In this document: piece after piece, positions 27,146-40,721 of the stretch
Position numbering within the stretch: position 1 is the stretch's first letter
Layout: each line of letters begins with the position of its first letter
Origin: Eledone cirrhosa
Lineage: Eukaryota
DNA length: 64,000 bases
Reading direction: 5' to 3'
Assembly: GCA_964016885.1 (NCBI GenBank)
Contig: OZ024751.1
Coordinates: 16,244,001 to 16,308,000, forward strand
The notes under the pieces: generated by a model
Database searches by the model: none
Told to the model about the DNA's origin: nothing
What the model saw: the letters and a program-made list of their open reading frames with translations, nothing else
Position numbers and translations under genes: made by a program

Positions 27146-28051
27146 TTTGTAGTTGAGGTAGACTGCATGCTGAGTTGTAAATGTGCTGAAAAACACCATG
27201 CTGAACTGTAAATGGCAACGTAGACTGCATGATGTAGTGTAAATAACCAAGGAGACCACACACAAAATTGGCACTAACCACACACTCACATACATATAAA
27301 GTATCATTTTACACTATCACAATGGAAAACAACAGACCTGCCAACCTCTAAAACCCAAATGGGGAGTACCATGAAAGAAGGTGCCCCAAAACGGGGTTAA
27401 AATGAAGGAGATTTTACATAATGAAAGCTATACGGGGGAGATTATACATAATGAAAACTATACTCATTTTCACAAGAGAAAACATCACTCACCCACCCCA
27501 AAGTGGGTGGGAGATCTCCCCGTCGGCAGGGGAGAGTTGCCAGGTCTGAAACAAAAAATACAAATAAAACAAAATTTAAAAAAAAAACATTTCAAATAGG
27601 GCACAGAGAAAAGTTAATCGAGATTATTTTCAGAAAGACTGGATTAAAGAGCCCCAAAATCTAATATTTGATGGTACGACTATTGATTATAAATATTTTT
27701 TGAAGGAATGATTTTGTTTTGAGTCACAAATTATTATTCTCTAATATTTTCCATCTGTTTTCTTCATATTCCCATATATAATATATATTTTTTAATAGAT
27801 TCTTGATAATTTAATTTATCTTTACCGATCCATATTTTCTTATTTGTTGAAATGAAAGCAATAATCACATTATCACAGAGTTGATGAATTGTTATCGAAA
27901 TCCATTAGAATTTCTTTTGTTTTCTCTCTTTCTCTCCCCACTCCCACCCCTTTATCTTTCAAATACCAAAACTAAAACCACAGCTAAAAGTTCAACAGGG
28001 AGGACAATTCAAGGAACTTATATGATGTAAGATGCTGTGTCTCTTATTTAA

Positions 28052-28434
28052 TAATTGTTTCTACTTTTGGCACAAGGCCAGCAATTACCCAGTGCATTAC
28101 TGGTACTTTATTTTATCGACCCCGTAAGGATGAAAGGCAAAGTTAACCTCGGCGGGATTTGAACTCAGATCGTACAGGGACGTAACTCTGCTGGAAAGCA
28201 TGACATCCGACCCTCTACCCATACTGCCAATCCACCGTCTCTTATTTAATAATTGTTTCTACTTTTGGCACAAGGCCAGCAATCACCCAGTGTTTTACAG
28301 TACTTTATTTTATCGACCCCATAAGGATGAAAGGCAAAGTTAACCTCGGCGGGATTTGAACTCAGAATGGCAAGGGCCGTAACTATATGCTGGAAAGCAT
28401 GGCGTCCGACCCTCTACCGATACTGCCAATCCAC
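28052..28434 (-). mobile_element. Two tandem SINE-M copies
   Basis: Reverse-complement match. Both are preceded by GTCTCTTATTTAATAATTG. Confidence 0.85.
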
Positions 28435-28525
28435 AACAATGTTTTCCTGTTTAGTTTTTCTCACATCAAATTTTATGTTTGATATTCATTTATGTAACAA
28501 TAACTAAACATATATATATATAACA

Positions 28526-28586
<61 letters not shown>

Positions 28587-28844
28587 CGTGCGCGTGTGTG
28601 TGTGTGCGTGTGCATGTGTGTATGTGTGTATGTGAGTGTGTATATATATATATATATACTTATGTGTATATATATATAAAAATGTATATATAATGGAAGG
28701 TTTGTCGGCAGTCTGATGAAGCCGTCTACTTGACTACTAGCAAATGATGGAAGTCACTGTCAATATTTGCCTTTCATAATAATAGTAATACACACACACA
28801 CATACGCACACACACATACACACACACACACGCGCACACACACA

Positions 28845-28970
<126 letters not shown>

Positions 28971-29770
28971 CACGCAATAAACTACCGTAAATGATACTTA
29001 CCCAAGCTGACACGCAATGGGATCAAGCCTGGGACCTAATGATAATGAAGTAAATCCTTTAAAAAAATCGTTTATGTTGCGTCCCCAAACTTGGGTAAAA
29101 GCATAGAATTCTGATAACGTGTTACAATTGTTCCCCAGCAGAATATTATTTGGAATATTTACATATATGTAAAGCAATATATCCAGAAAAATTACACTAA
29201 ACGAGATCCACATGAGATGAAATTTCGATTCTACGGTTATCAGGCAGAGTTGAAGCAACCAGGATACGGCACTAAGTCTACAACAAAACATGTTTTCAGA
29301 AGGAATTATATGCCACCGCTGAAGATTTTTTTCCTTCGATTTATATGAAATTTCAACCATAGGTAAATGACAAGATATGATGCCTATTCACAAACTGTCA
29401 GCAAATGTCAATAATATTCAGACACCCTAATGGGGGTTAAACCCCCTATAGTGAACATTTTGGAAGCCCATAACTTGAGTATCGGAACCTCTATTACCAC
29501 GGGGTTTTTCTATTAATTAAACGTAAATCAACGAAAAAAGCACCTCTCTTTTATAGTAAAATTTGCCTAATTTAGACATTTTATCTATGGCAAATCATCA
29601 CTAGAATAAATTATTTAAAAACAATCATCGTTTTCTTACAGAAAAAAAAATGATTGAAATGCAGCAAGGCGCGGGTAATTCGGGTTGTATATATATATAT
29701 TAGGCGATTTATATAGGCGATATATAAATTAGGCGATTTAGCGATCTCTCTCTATAATTCTTAGTCAGGA

Positions 29771-29804
<34 letters not shown>

Positions 29805-29849
29805 TCCTGACTAAGAATTATAGAGAGAGATCGCTAAATCGCCTAATTT

Positions 29850-30012
29850 GGTCGCTAGGGCATTGGAAATTCGAAAGGTTTTTTGCTCAAAACACTCACA
29901 GGACCATAAGTATTACACGTGTAAAGTTTGAAAACAATTGGTTGGGCTGTTTTCAAGCTTTAGGGAGTCAGACAGACAGACAGACAGCCATTCTCTGTTT
30001 TAGATATATAGA
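29850..30012 (-). mobile_element. Helitron-like 5' terminal fragment
   Basis: Minus strand A|TCTATATATCTAAAACAGAGAATGG followed by (CTGT)n, a 5' signature seen in invertebrate Helitrons. Confidence 0.55.
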
Positions 30013-30617
30013 TGTTTTTGTTTTTGTTGTTGGACCTCCGTTGGTCCTGACGGGGAGTGTTCCAGTTGTTTAAAACACGGAACTACCTTCTCATGAAATG
30101 AACGTACAGGTGGCTGAGCTTTCCATAGACACGTGCATAATTAATGTAGTTCCCAGGGAGATTCAGTGTAACTCAATGTGTGGCAAGGCAGTCGCTTTGA
30201 GTTATTTGAATTACTGGTATAAATTATGTTTACCATTGAAATGGACTTGAGCAAGGTCAAGTAAAGTTTTTTTTTCAAGGATACAACTCACCTCCACGAA
30301 TCGAATTCTTTGTCTTACGATCGGGTGTCGAACATCCTAACCTCCTTCCACATATAATTATATATACCTGTACAATCAAACTTTATTTATATGTATATGT
30401 AACCCCCCCCCACACACACATATATATATATACATATATATATATCCAGGCAGTGTAATATTCTGTCATTAGTACCACAGAGATCCGACGAGTTTTTGAT
30501 TCCAGAGTCGGGCTAGATCGATACAGGTCGAACCTTGAGTTGATCAGTAGCGAAACACGCGTCACCAACCAATAAACGTAACGAAGGAGTAACCATTCAT
30601 CCTTGTATTATTATTAT

Positions 30618-30798
30618 GGATTGGCAGTATCGGTAGAGGGTCGAACGCCATGCTTTTCAGCAAAGAGTTACGGCCCTTTATGGTCTGAGTTCAAATCCTG
30701 CTGAGGTTAACTTTGCCTTTCATCCTTACGGCGTCGATAAAATAAAGTACCAGTAATACAGTGGTATAATTGTTGGTCTTGTGCCAAAAGTAGAAACA

Positions 30799-30803
<5 letters not shown>
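30618..30803 (+). mobile_element. SINE-M with long (ATT)n tail
   Basis: Match to 5374-5557. Confidence 0.85.
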
Positions 30804-30849
<46 letters not shown>

Positions 30850-30886
30850 CACACACATACATACACATATAAATATATATATATAT

Positions 30887-31253
30887 TGAGCACTCTATGC
30901 CGGTTGAGAACTCTATCCCCCTTCAGAGCAGAGTATGATAATATGGAAAACGAAGAATCAGTGATGCATCGGAACACAATTTATTACGTATTACAATTGT
31001 TTCTCTGACGAACAGCTCGAGGTGCGATCTGTTTGTGGATCGAACCTGACTCTGGATTTGCAAGTTCCTCAGATACATCTACTGATTTTGAAGCAAAAGA
31101 GGCAGGTTCGATCCACAAACAGATCGCACCTCGAGCTGTTCCTCAGAGAAACAATTGTAATACGTAATAAATTGTGTTCCGATGCATCACTGATTCTTCG
31201 TTTCCATATTATCATACTCTGCTCTGAAGAGGGATAGAGTTCTCAACCGGCAT
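30887..31253. mobile_element. FB-G fold-back copy with HHR at 30986-31078 (minus)
   Basis: Inverted arms ~30895-31048 and ~31102-31253. Minus strand reads ATGTAT CTGAGGA (~60 nt) GAAAC AATT GTA ATACGT. Confidence 0.8.
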
Positions 31254-31356
31254 ACCCCCTATAGACGCATCCTAGCAACCATACTACATATATACATATA
31301 TATATATAAGTGTGCCACAGCACCCACATATATAACTGTACAATAATATATAGATA

Positions 31357-31389
<33 letters not shown>

Positions 31390-31391
<2 letters not shown>

Positions 31392-31748
31392 AATAAAATA
31401 TAGAGTTAATAACTCATATGAATACCCTGCAATTAACAAGCTCAAAGTATAAATACTGACCATTATAATATTAATATCAGTAATGCACTGGGTAATTGCT
31501 GGCCTTGTGCCTAAAGTAGAAACAATTATAATATTAATATGTGTAGAAGTAAACACAGTAAACCCGTGTCTAAAATTACAAGGGTAGATTACATCACAAA
31601 TGTTATATATCATTCAACCTGAATCATATGGGATTTTACAGTAAAATCGCATATGATTCAGGTTGAATGTTATATAACATTTGTGGTGTAATCTACCCTT
31701 GTAATTTTAGACACGGGTTTACTGTGTTTACTTCTACACATATTAATA
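31390..31748. mobile_element. Fold-back family FB-H (axis 31640), tail interrupted by a SINE-M 3' fragment at ~31478-31524
   Basis: ~105-bp inverted arms. The SINE piece is flanked by the duplicated ATTATAATATTAATAT. Confidence 0.75.
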
Positions 31749-31760
31749 TATATATATATA

Positions 31761-32083
<323 letters not shown>

Positions 32084-32459
32084 AATATATATATATACAC
32101 ACCCTACTTATATTTTTATAAAATTGTACAATCATAGACACATCAGCAGTAGTGTAATCTTAACACTATAATCTCAGAACACCACTTCTCTCACCGAGTC
32201 CATATTTATATAATCCCATACTCCCATATTCGTATATTCCCATATTCTCATATACCCATATTCTCATATTCTCATATTCCCACATCCACATACTCACAAA
32301 CATGATAAATATATGAATAATAAACTCATCAGCCTTAAACATTGTTCCGGGATTTACACACCGATGATAATAGGAAAAAAAATTATATATATATATATAT
32401 ACACACACATATGTATGTATATATATATATATATGTATACACACATATATATATATGTG

Positions 32460-32549
<90 letters not shown>

Positions 32550-32550
32550 A

Positions 32551-33146
32551 GTAGAAGTTGTATTTAATATGTTGGAAGTCCGACAAACATAAATGTTTGT
32601 AACTGATTTATAGCACTCAACAAGTTACTGGAGTAAATATTCAATGATATTAAATACATGGAAACTATATTTATAAAACCATCTACTTATAACAGTAAAT
32701 ATTATATTAGAAAAGAATTTTAACAACTAATTAATTGTAAATAAACGTACCATTAGTAGATATATACTTAGAATATATTCCCCAAAATTATAGTTACATG
32801 AGTTCTATTCATCTTCTTGTTAATTTCTTCTTTCTATCTCTCTCGTAATATTTTTTTATTTTTTCTCTCTCTTTCTCCAGTGTCTTTTAAATAAACGGTT
32901 GTTTTTCAATTATTTACATATTCATTTGCATATTTACACATAAGTTTCAATAATCCCTAATATATTTCCACTATCCAGTGAATCTCCAACCGATAAGGTA
33001 TGATTTTCATGGGTATGTCTCTATTTATAAAACAAACTTTGTATTTTATCTGATGAAAGCGTACCAATGTTGTCTTGGTTGCCCTTGAAATATATATATA
33101 TAATAAAATAAATATGGTTTTATAAATATAGTTTCCATTTATTTAT

Positions 33147-33195
<49 letters not shown>

Positions 33196-33615
33196 TAAAA
33201 ACAAAAGAAAATGCTGACAAATTGTTCCCAGTGAAATATAGTTTAATTAGGAATAAGTAAAAATTAGTAATAAGTATTGGTTAGTATTCAGTTTTAGTTT
33301 TAAGTTTTTACCGGTTGCGCATTTCAAATGCTTTTCAAAAATAATTTTTGAGATAGAGCACCCGTGATGTTTGCTCTAATCTCATTAGAGCAAACATCAT
33401 GGGAGCAAACACCATTAGAGCAAACCAGATTAGAGCAAACATCACGGGCGCTCTATCTGAAAATTATTTTTGAAAAGCATTAGAAATGCTCAACCGGTAA
33501 AAACTTAAAACTAAAACTGAATACTCACCAAGACTTATTACTAATTTTTACTTATTCCTAATTAAACTATTTTTCACTGGGAACAATTTGTCAGCATTTT
33601 CTTTTCCTTTTACCA

Positions 33616-33692
<77 letters not shown>

Positions 33693-33807
33693 AAATATAT
33701 ATATTGTAAATATATATATTGTAAATATACTCCAAATATTTGTCGAGTGCTTTTATATCAGTTATAAATATTTACTAGTTGTAACACAACAATTTAAATA
33801 TAACTTT

Positions 33808-33810
<3 letters not shown>
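32551..33810. mobile_element. FB-C copy with intact HHR at 33042-33110 (plus), split by nested FB-D
   Basis: TATTTTAT CTGATGA ... GAAA (TA)6 ATAAAATA. The tail resumes at ~33728 after the insertion. Confidence 0.7.
33191..33617. mobile_element. Fold-back family FB-D (symmetric ~195-bp arms, degenerate UUGAAAA-type HHR)
   Basis: ATTGGTAAAA...//...TTTACCAAT, with TTAGAGCAAAC reiterated three times at the centre. Confidence 0.8.
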
Positions 33811-33855
<45 letters not shown>

Positions 33856-34046
33856 TAAAACAGATTAAACAATGGAATAAAAGGTCGTATGCTATGACGA
33901 CCACGTTAAAATCTATAACTCATTGATGTGCAGTTTAGTCTTCGATTTTAAGGGAAATCGTGTTATGTGTAGAGCAATGGGTCTGTGGATAACAGTTTCA
34001 TTGACAGTCGATATGCTATAGTCAAAAATAATAAAACAAAGTGATA

Positions 34047-34085
<39 letters not shown>

Positions 34086-34261
34086 GGGTACTATTTATGG
34101 TCATGAATATATTAAAACTTTTTATAATTATGTATATTTTAAACCCTAAACAGTGAAGGTCAGTGTGTACAAACATTAAAAAATGCTCCGAAGACCCCAA
34201 GCCTAGGTTTGGATGAAACAATTGAAAGTGAATAAATGCTTTGAACATAGCCTTGATTCTC

Positions 34262-34423
<162 letters not shown>

Positions 34424-34537
34424 TATGTATATATATATATATATATGTATGTAAAAGGTAAACAGAAATAACAACACAATCGGTACAGTATATGGAAGGG
34501 ATATATTAGGTTTACGCTTGATATAGCAGGAAGAGGG

Positions 34538-34573
34538 TCTTACGGTTTCGGACGCTAGTCCTTCATCAGAAGA
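34538..34573 (-). ncRNA. Minimal PLE-type hammerhead in a TA-adjacent fragment (34451-34580)
   Basis: TCTT CTGATGA AGGAC-TAGC-GTCC GAAACCGTAAGA. Stem I and III register imperfect. Confidence 0.55.
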
Positions 34574-34830
34574 AAGAATGAGAAATAAAATAGATTGAGG
34601 GGCCGGGCAGGATGGATTTGGAAAAAATGTCTTTAGATAAAAATTACAGGACCATTCATGTTGACATGTCTTGCAAAACTGTTGATGCTGGCGTTTTGTG
34701 TATGATTTATTTTTTTTAGAAAAGTGGATGATGGAGCGCGTCTACCTGAAATGGAAAAAAACCTTTTGTAAAAAGAGCTATACTTGAGCACGTGCGGAAG
34801 CATGTGTGTGTGCGTGCGTGTGTGTGTGCA

Positions 34831-34944
<114 letters not shown>

Positions 34945-35652
34945 AGGTCCGTACGAAGCTAAGAAGAATTGTGTGTGTATATGTGAGTAAAAGAGTGTGT
35001 GTGCATGCAATTGCGAACCTATGAGCAACAGTATGTTAATATAAGGGTGTGTATCGGCATGTATTAATTGTAAGAGAAGCTGCTAATGATCAAGAGAAAG
35101 CGATAGGAATCTAGGGGTGTGCTAATGGACGGGGATTTAGAGAAATTGCTAATGGACGGGGATTTAGAGGTGAGTATCTCCGCGCATGGGCACACCACTT
35201 TATATATATGTATAAATAAATATATGTGTATGAATATGTGTATGTTCATGTGTATATGTGTATGCGTTTGTGTGTGTGTGCGTGCCCGCGCGCGCGTGTG
35301 TCTTAGAAAATAGTGTATTATAGAAAACTATAGTCAAAAAATTAATTGTGAAACAACTAACGATAAAATAGTGCTATCGAAACGTTAACTTGGACATGTT
35401 TAATAGGTGCTGATATATTTAAAAAAAAAAGATACCTTCATCAAAGGTGTTATCCACACCCGTTCGTTTCTTCTTGACACTTTAGAAAGACGTTTTTCTC
35501 CTCGAAATATGTCACGTTCAATTTAATACATCCGAGGTAAAATTTCAATATATATATACGTATATATATACACATACACACATATTATGTAAATATATAC
35601 CTATATATATTTATATATATGTAGATATTTATGTATATATATATATATATAT

Positions 35653-35828
35653 AGGAACGAGTAGGACCCCCCAACGGCTGAGCTCAAGCCGTTTCGATGG
35701 CTAATTCGAAACGGCTTGAACTCAGCCGTCGGGGTCCTACTCGTTCCTATTACCCACTCTACTACCCTAAGTATTGAGTACTTTGGTGCGTTATGGTCCA
35801 CCTGGTTCCTTACCACATTTCCTTCGTT
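35653..35828. mobile_element. FB-A fold-back copy (subfamily 2)
   Basis: GGAACGAGTAGGACCCC... inverted arm, with (TA)n flanks. Confidence 0.8.
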
Positions 35829-35952
35829 ATATATATATATATATATATATACGTAGGTCCCGGGTTGAGTCGGGGATAACCACAGTTATGTGCTTCCTGA
35901 AGATTTCATCTGAATGAAACAGTACTAGTCCTGTAGAAGCTCCTTCTATAAA

Positions 35953-36011
<59 letters not shown>

Positions 36012-36019
<8 letters not shown>

Positions 36020-36554
36020 TAAACAAATAATGAATAAAACAATGAAACAGTTCCTTATATTAAACAAAAAAAGTTCATTATTTAACGATCGTTTCTAGGA
36101 TATATATGTGTTAGAATTGGCATGCATATTCAACAGATCTATGTACAAAATTATACAAAATTATACAAACTATCAAGATTAAATATACATACCAAACACA
36201 CATATACGCCGTCTTCAGAAGACGGCGTATATGTGTGTTTGGTATGTATATTTAATCTTGATAGTTTGTATAATTTTGTATAATTTTGTACATAGATCTG
36301 TTGAATATGCATGCCAATTCTAACACATATATATCCTAGAAACGATCGTTAAATAATGAACTTTTTTTGTTTAATATAAGGAACTGTTTCATTGTTTTAT
36401 TCATTATTTGTTTAATATTTTATCTTGACTCTGTATACCGTTTATCTTTCACCGAAAGTGATTTTTCATTACATCTCTTCTTTCCATGATATCCGGAATA
36501 CATTGAGTTCTTCATACGGATTGGACACTACCGTAAACTCTTGGTAGATTTATC

Positions 36555-36560
<6 letters not shown>
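36012..36560. mobile_element. Fold-back family FB-I (perfect ~205-bp arms, axis 36217, tail 36424-36560)
   Basis: CGCCGTCTTC-A-GAAGACGGCG centre. The minus strand reads CTGAAGA, then a long hairpin, then GAAACGATCGTT. Confidence 0.85.
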
Positions 36561-36629
<69 letters not shown>

Positions 36630-36946
36630 GATATAAATTTGAATAATTTCTAAAGAGATGAATGCTTCCGAAATAATTATCCCCACAAAATTAACCTAAA
36701 CATATCCAAAAACAAAATTTGTTTCATATGATATTCGATCTCTGTCGGTTTCGACGACTCGTGATCCAGTTGTTCCACGAACAGACTAGCTTCCGCATGA
36801 AACTTACGTGCAAGTGTCTGAGCTACTTTATTATAAATTATTGATAATTATTGATAATATGTTGGGTGCTTAAGTCTTTCCTCGTAAATTAAAAAACTGT
36901 GTGTCCTGTATATTGTGAGTGCATGTCATTGTATTTTACTGTATCG

Positions 36947-37936
36947 CAGAAGCTCTCAAACGTTTGGGGCTATCGTCCCCTAACGGTCATGTAATACCAT
37001 CAGCCTCTCCCCCACACATATTTTCAGAGAGACCTGCCTACACGCAAGTTGTAAATAATATATAATAAATAAAATCGTTAATTTATATATAATGTTTTTT
37101 TATATAGGCACAAGGCCAGCAATTTTGGAGGAGGGGAAAGTAGATTAAATTGACCCCAGTGCGTGACTGGTACTTTATTTTATCGAGCCCGTAAGGATGA
37201 AAGGGAAAGTTAACCTCGGTGCGATTTGAACTCAGATCATAAAGGGCCGTAACTCTATGCTGCAAAGCAAGGTGTCCGATTCGCTACCGTTACTGTCAAT
37301 CCACCACCCTTAATTTATATATGATAAATAATTGTTTCTACATTTGGCACAAGGCCAGCAATTACCCAGTACATTACTGGTACTTTATTTTATCGACCCC
37401 GTAAGGATGAAAGGCAACGTTAACCTCGGCGGGATTAACTTTGCTTTTCATCCTTACGGGGTCGATAAAATATAATTATATACAATAAATTATATATAAT
37501 AAATAATATATAAATTATATATAATAAATAATATAATATATCGACAGTCGATCGACTTTCGTCAAATCGATCGGAGGAAACAATGTTTCTGTTGGTCTTT
37601 CCAATTGCTAATACTATCGCTCGGTCGCAACTCCAGATAGAAGGAGCAACGTGAAATAAAGTGTCTTGCTCGAGGACATAACGCATCGCCCAGTCCAGGA
37701 ATCGAAATCACAACCTCAAGATTATGAATCCAATTCTCTAACAACTCAGCTACACGCCATATACTATGTGGAAATAAATATTATATATTTATATATAATG
37801 TATATAATTTGATATATGATACACTATTATTTCATCTCTACTGGTCCACCCCCACTATCCCGTTAGGCCCCAGAGCCGACTGGACCTTCTCAACGCCCAC
37901 CGGTGGGGGTAATAGCGCCCATTTTGAGAACATCTG
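36947..37936. mobile_element. hAT MITE related to 26767-26946, split by nested SINE-M and SINE-C insertions
   Basis: TIRs CAGAAGCTCTCAAA and TTTGAGAACATCTG, TSD CTGTATCG/CTGTATAG, shared TTCAGAGAGAC.TGCCTA and GGACCTTCT.AACGCCC. Confidence 0.65.
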
Positions 37937-38275
37937 CTGTATAGTAACCAGAGAGATATTTAAATGGATGCCATCGAACTAGTATTAAATGTATGACGAC
38001 ATCATTGTTACATAGAAAATAATTGTTTCTACTTTAGGCACAAGGCCAGCAATTACCCAGTGCATTACTGGTACTTTATTTTATCGACCCCGTAAGGATG
38101 AAAGGCAAAGTCAACCTCGGCGGGAAATAATATGTAATATTCTGTTTGGGAATTAAATATTAAATATAAACTAAAACAATGTTACTGCCTCTGTTATAGT
38201 TACAATGACAATCACAACACGATCGTTTTACATAATTTCAGATTAAGACACTTGTCAACTAAATTCTCCCCCCCC

Positions 38276-38370
<95 letters not shown>

Positions 38371-38373
<3 letters not shown>

Positions 38374-38567
38374 CGAAGGAAATGTGGTAAGGAACCAAGT
38401 GGACCATAACGCACCAAAGTACTCAATACTTAGGGTAGTAGAGTGGGTAATAGGAACGAGTAGGACCCCGACGGCTGAGCCGAAGCCGTTTCGACGGCTA
38501 ATTCTGGACTCAGTCCAAAATTAGCCGTCGAAACGGCTTGAGCTCAGCCGTCGGGGTCCTACTCGTT

Positions 38568-38570
<3 letters not shown>
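38371..38570. mobile_element. FB-A fold-back copy (long arm on minus strand)
   Basis: Reverse-oriented FB-A between (TA)n tracts. Confidence 0.85.
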
Positions 38571-38619
<49 letters not shown>

Positions 38620-38667
38620 ATAAAATAACAGGAGGCTAGACTGGTGAAAATCCTTGACAAGTTTATT

Positions 38668-38725
38668 ATACTATGATCATTTCAATGACCGGGTTCCGTA
38701 TGAATCCGGTGATATCATCAGGTAT
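38668..38725 (-). ncRNA. Type I hammerhead ribozyme (FB-L left arm)
   Basis: ATAC CTGATGA TATCACCGGATTCATACGGAACCCGGTCATT GAAA TGATCA TA GTAT. Confidence 0.8.
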
Positions 38726-40420
38726 TCGAAATATAACAAAGGAATATATAAAAATCCATGCGTCCGAAAATCAGAGACAGAGAGGACGACTGACCCACTA
38801 GCTGCTTTCACCTCGGTCAGTCGCCCTCAAGTGATGGCAATTCGGTCTACTAATGACCATCTGGTGAGGGGTGAAGGCTTATAATGCACTACCACCTCTC
38901 CGTCAGAGAATAAAAAAAGAAAGAAATAAGAAAAGTCAGCGTAAGGGTCACACTACAGTCATGCTAGAAGACGGCGCGAAAAATGTTATTTCAAAGAACC
39001 CATATTTTAACAAAGGCATATATATGCGTGTCTGTATGGTCTAATGTGTGAACAGAAAATTGGAAAGTTCACTTATGTTAAGAGTTATAGGATGAAATTA
39101 AATTATTAGAAAATTAATAGAAAATTAAAGGTTTGTGTTGCGAGATTTATTTAATGAAATTACAGAGAGAGTCTTATATGAAAAAGTTTAAGTGTATTAT
39201 AGGGAATCTCGATAAGTTATCAAGGTGGGTTAAAGAGTAAAGATAAAAGCCTTCGATTGTAAATCCCAGCCTGCACCTCCTAACCACGTGTCAACCAGTT
39301 TCGAGTGGTATTGTCTAGCGAAATAAATGGAAAATAATTTTTCCGAGTACTCTAGGAACGTAGCTGTGATAGGCTTCGGGTGTGCTAGCGGGAAGTCAAG
39401 CAGCCTCTACGGGCCATCGTCTATACCAAACGAATAATATTAATTCACACTCTGCGTGCCAGCAGAGGGAGGCATGATACAGCTAACAGTTATGCCTAAG
39501 CCTAGAGTTTATATGTATGAGTATAATGTGGCGGTCAAAACAGGCGGCGCGGCGGGCCCCGGGGCAAATCGAGCCGCTTCGAGTAGTTTCGTTTACCGAA
39601 AGAGGGGAAATTTATTTTTCCAAGCAGTCAAGGAAGGCTGAACATTCCGAGCGTCCGGCGCACAGCCGGGAAATCCACCACCAATCCTCCTGTGTGGATT
39701 AATATTATTCCTTTGGTGTAGACGATGGCCTGTAGAAGCTGGTTGACTTCCCGCTAGCACACCCGAAGCCTATCGCAGCTACGTTCCTAGAGTACTCGGA
39801 AAAATTAATTTCCATTTATTTCGCTAGACGATACCACTCGAAACTTGCTGACACGTGGTTAGGAGGTGCTGGCTGGGTTTTACAATCGAAGGCTTTTATC
39901 TTTACTCCCTATCCCACCTTGATAACTTATCGAGATTCCCTATAATACACTTAAACTTTTTCATATAAGACTCTCTCTGGAATTTCATTAAATAAATCTC
40001 GCAACACAAACCTTTAATTTTCTATTAATATTCTAATAATTTAATTTCATCCTATAACTCTTAACATAAGTTAACGTTCCAATTTTCTGTTCACACATTA
40101 GACCATACAGACACCCATATATATGCCTTTGTTAAAATATGGGTTCTTTGGAATAACATTTTTCGCGGTGTATTCTAGCATGACTGTAGTGTGACCCTTA
40201 CGCTGAGTTTTCTTCTTTCTTTCTTTCTTTTTTTATTCTCTGACGGAAAGGTGGTAGTACATTATAAGCCTTCGTCCCCTCACCAGATGGTCATTAGTAG
40301 ACCGAGTTGCCATCACTTGAGGACGACTGACCGAGGTGAAAGCAGCTAGTGGGTCAGTCATCCTCTCTGTCTCTGATTTTCGGACCCGTGGATTTTATAT
40401 ATTCCTTTGTTATATTTCGA

Positions 40421-40477
40421 ATACCTGATGATATCACAAGTTCATACGGAACTCGGTCATTGAAATGATCATAGTAT
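40421..40477 (+). ncRNA. Type I hammerhead ribozyme (FB-L right arm)
   Basis: ATAC CTGATGA ... GAAA TGATCA TA GTAT. Confidence 0.75.
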
Positions 40478-40680
40478 AATAAACTTGTCAAGGATTTACA
40501 TCAGTCCAGCCTCCTGTTATTTTATTTATAATAATTAACTCCGTATTAGCACCACCAACTACACAAACGAAGACGGGTGAACTGTACTACGTTCAGTACT
40601 CTCCATAATATTACATCAAGATTGACCATACGGAATGACCAATTCTATCCAGTGGTGAACCAACTAACCTAAATAAATAA

Positions 40681-40717
<37 letters not shown>

Positions 40718-40721
<4 letters not shown>

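Larger units (their letters stand above)
38612..40685. mobile_element. Large fold-back FB-L: ~840-bp inverted arms (38612-39450 and 39692-40532), 240-bp GC-rich spacer, tail 40533-40685
   Basis: Arms align by eye with scattered substitutions. HHR near each outer end and (TA)n on both sides. Confidence 0.9.

Noticed and set aside
35890-35935. CTGAAGA..GAAAC..GTC hammerhead-like motif (also CTGATGA motifs at ~7380, ~8415 and ~9334)
   Set aside because: Stem I or the GAAA half could not be paired convincingly, so these were not called as ribozymes.
38612-40532. DNA transposon (Foldback/Mutator-like) with long TIRs
   Set aside because: The one-sided tail, terminal hammerheads and TA-tract context match the PLE-type fold-backs, and no TSD or transposase is visible. 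Not fully excluded.
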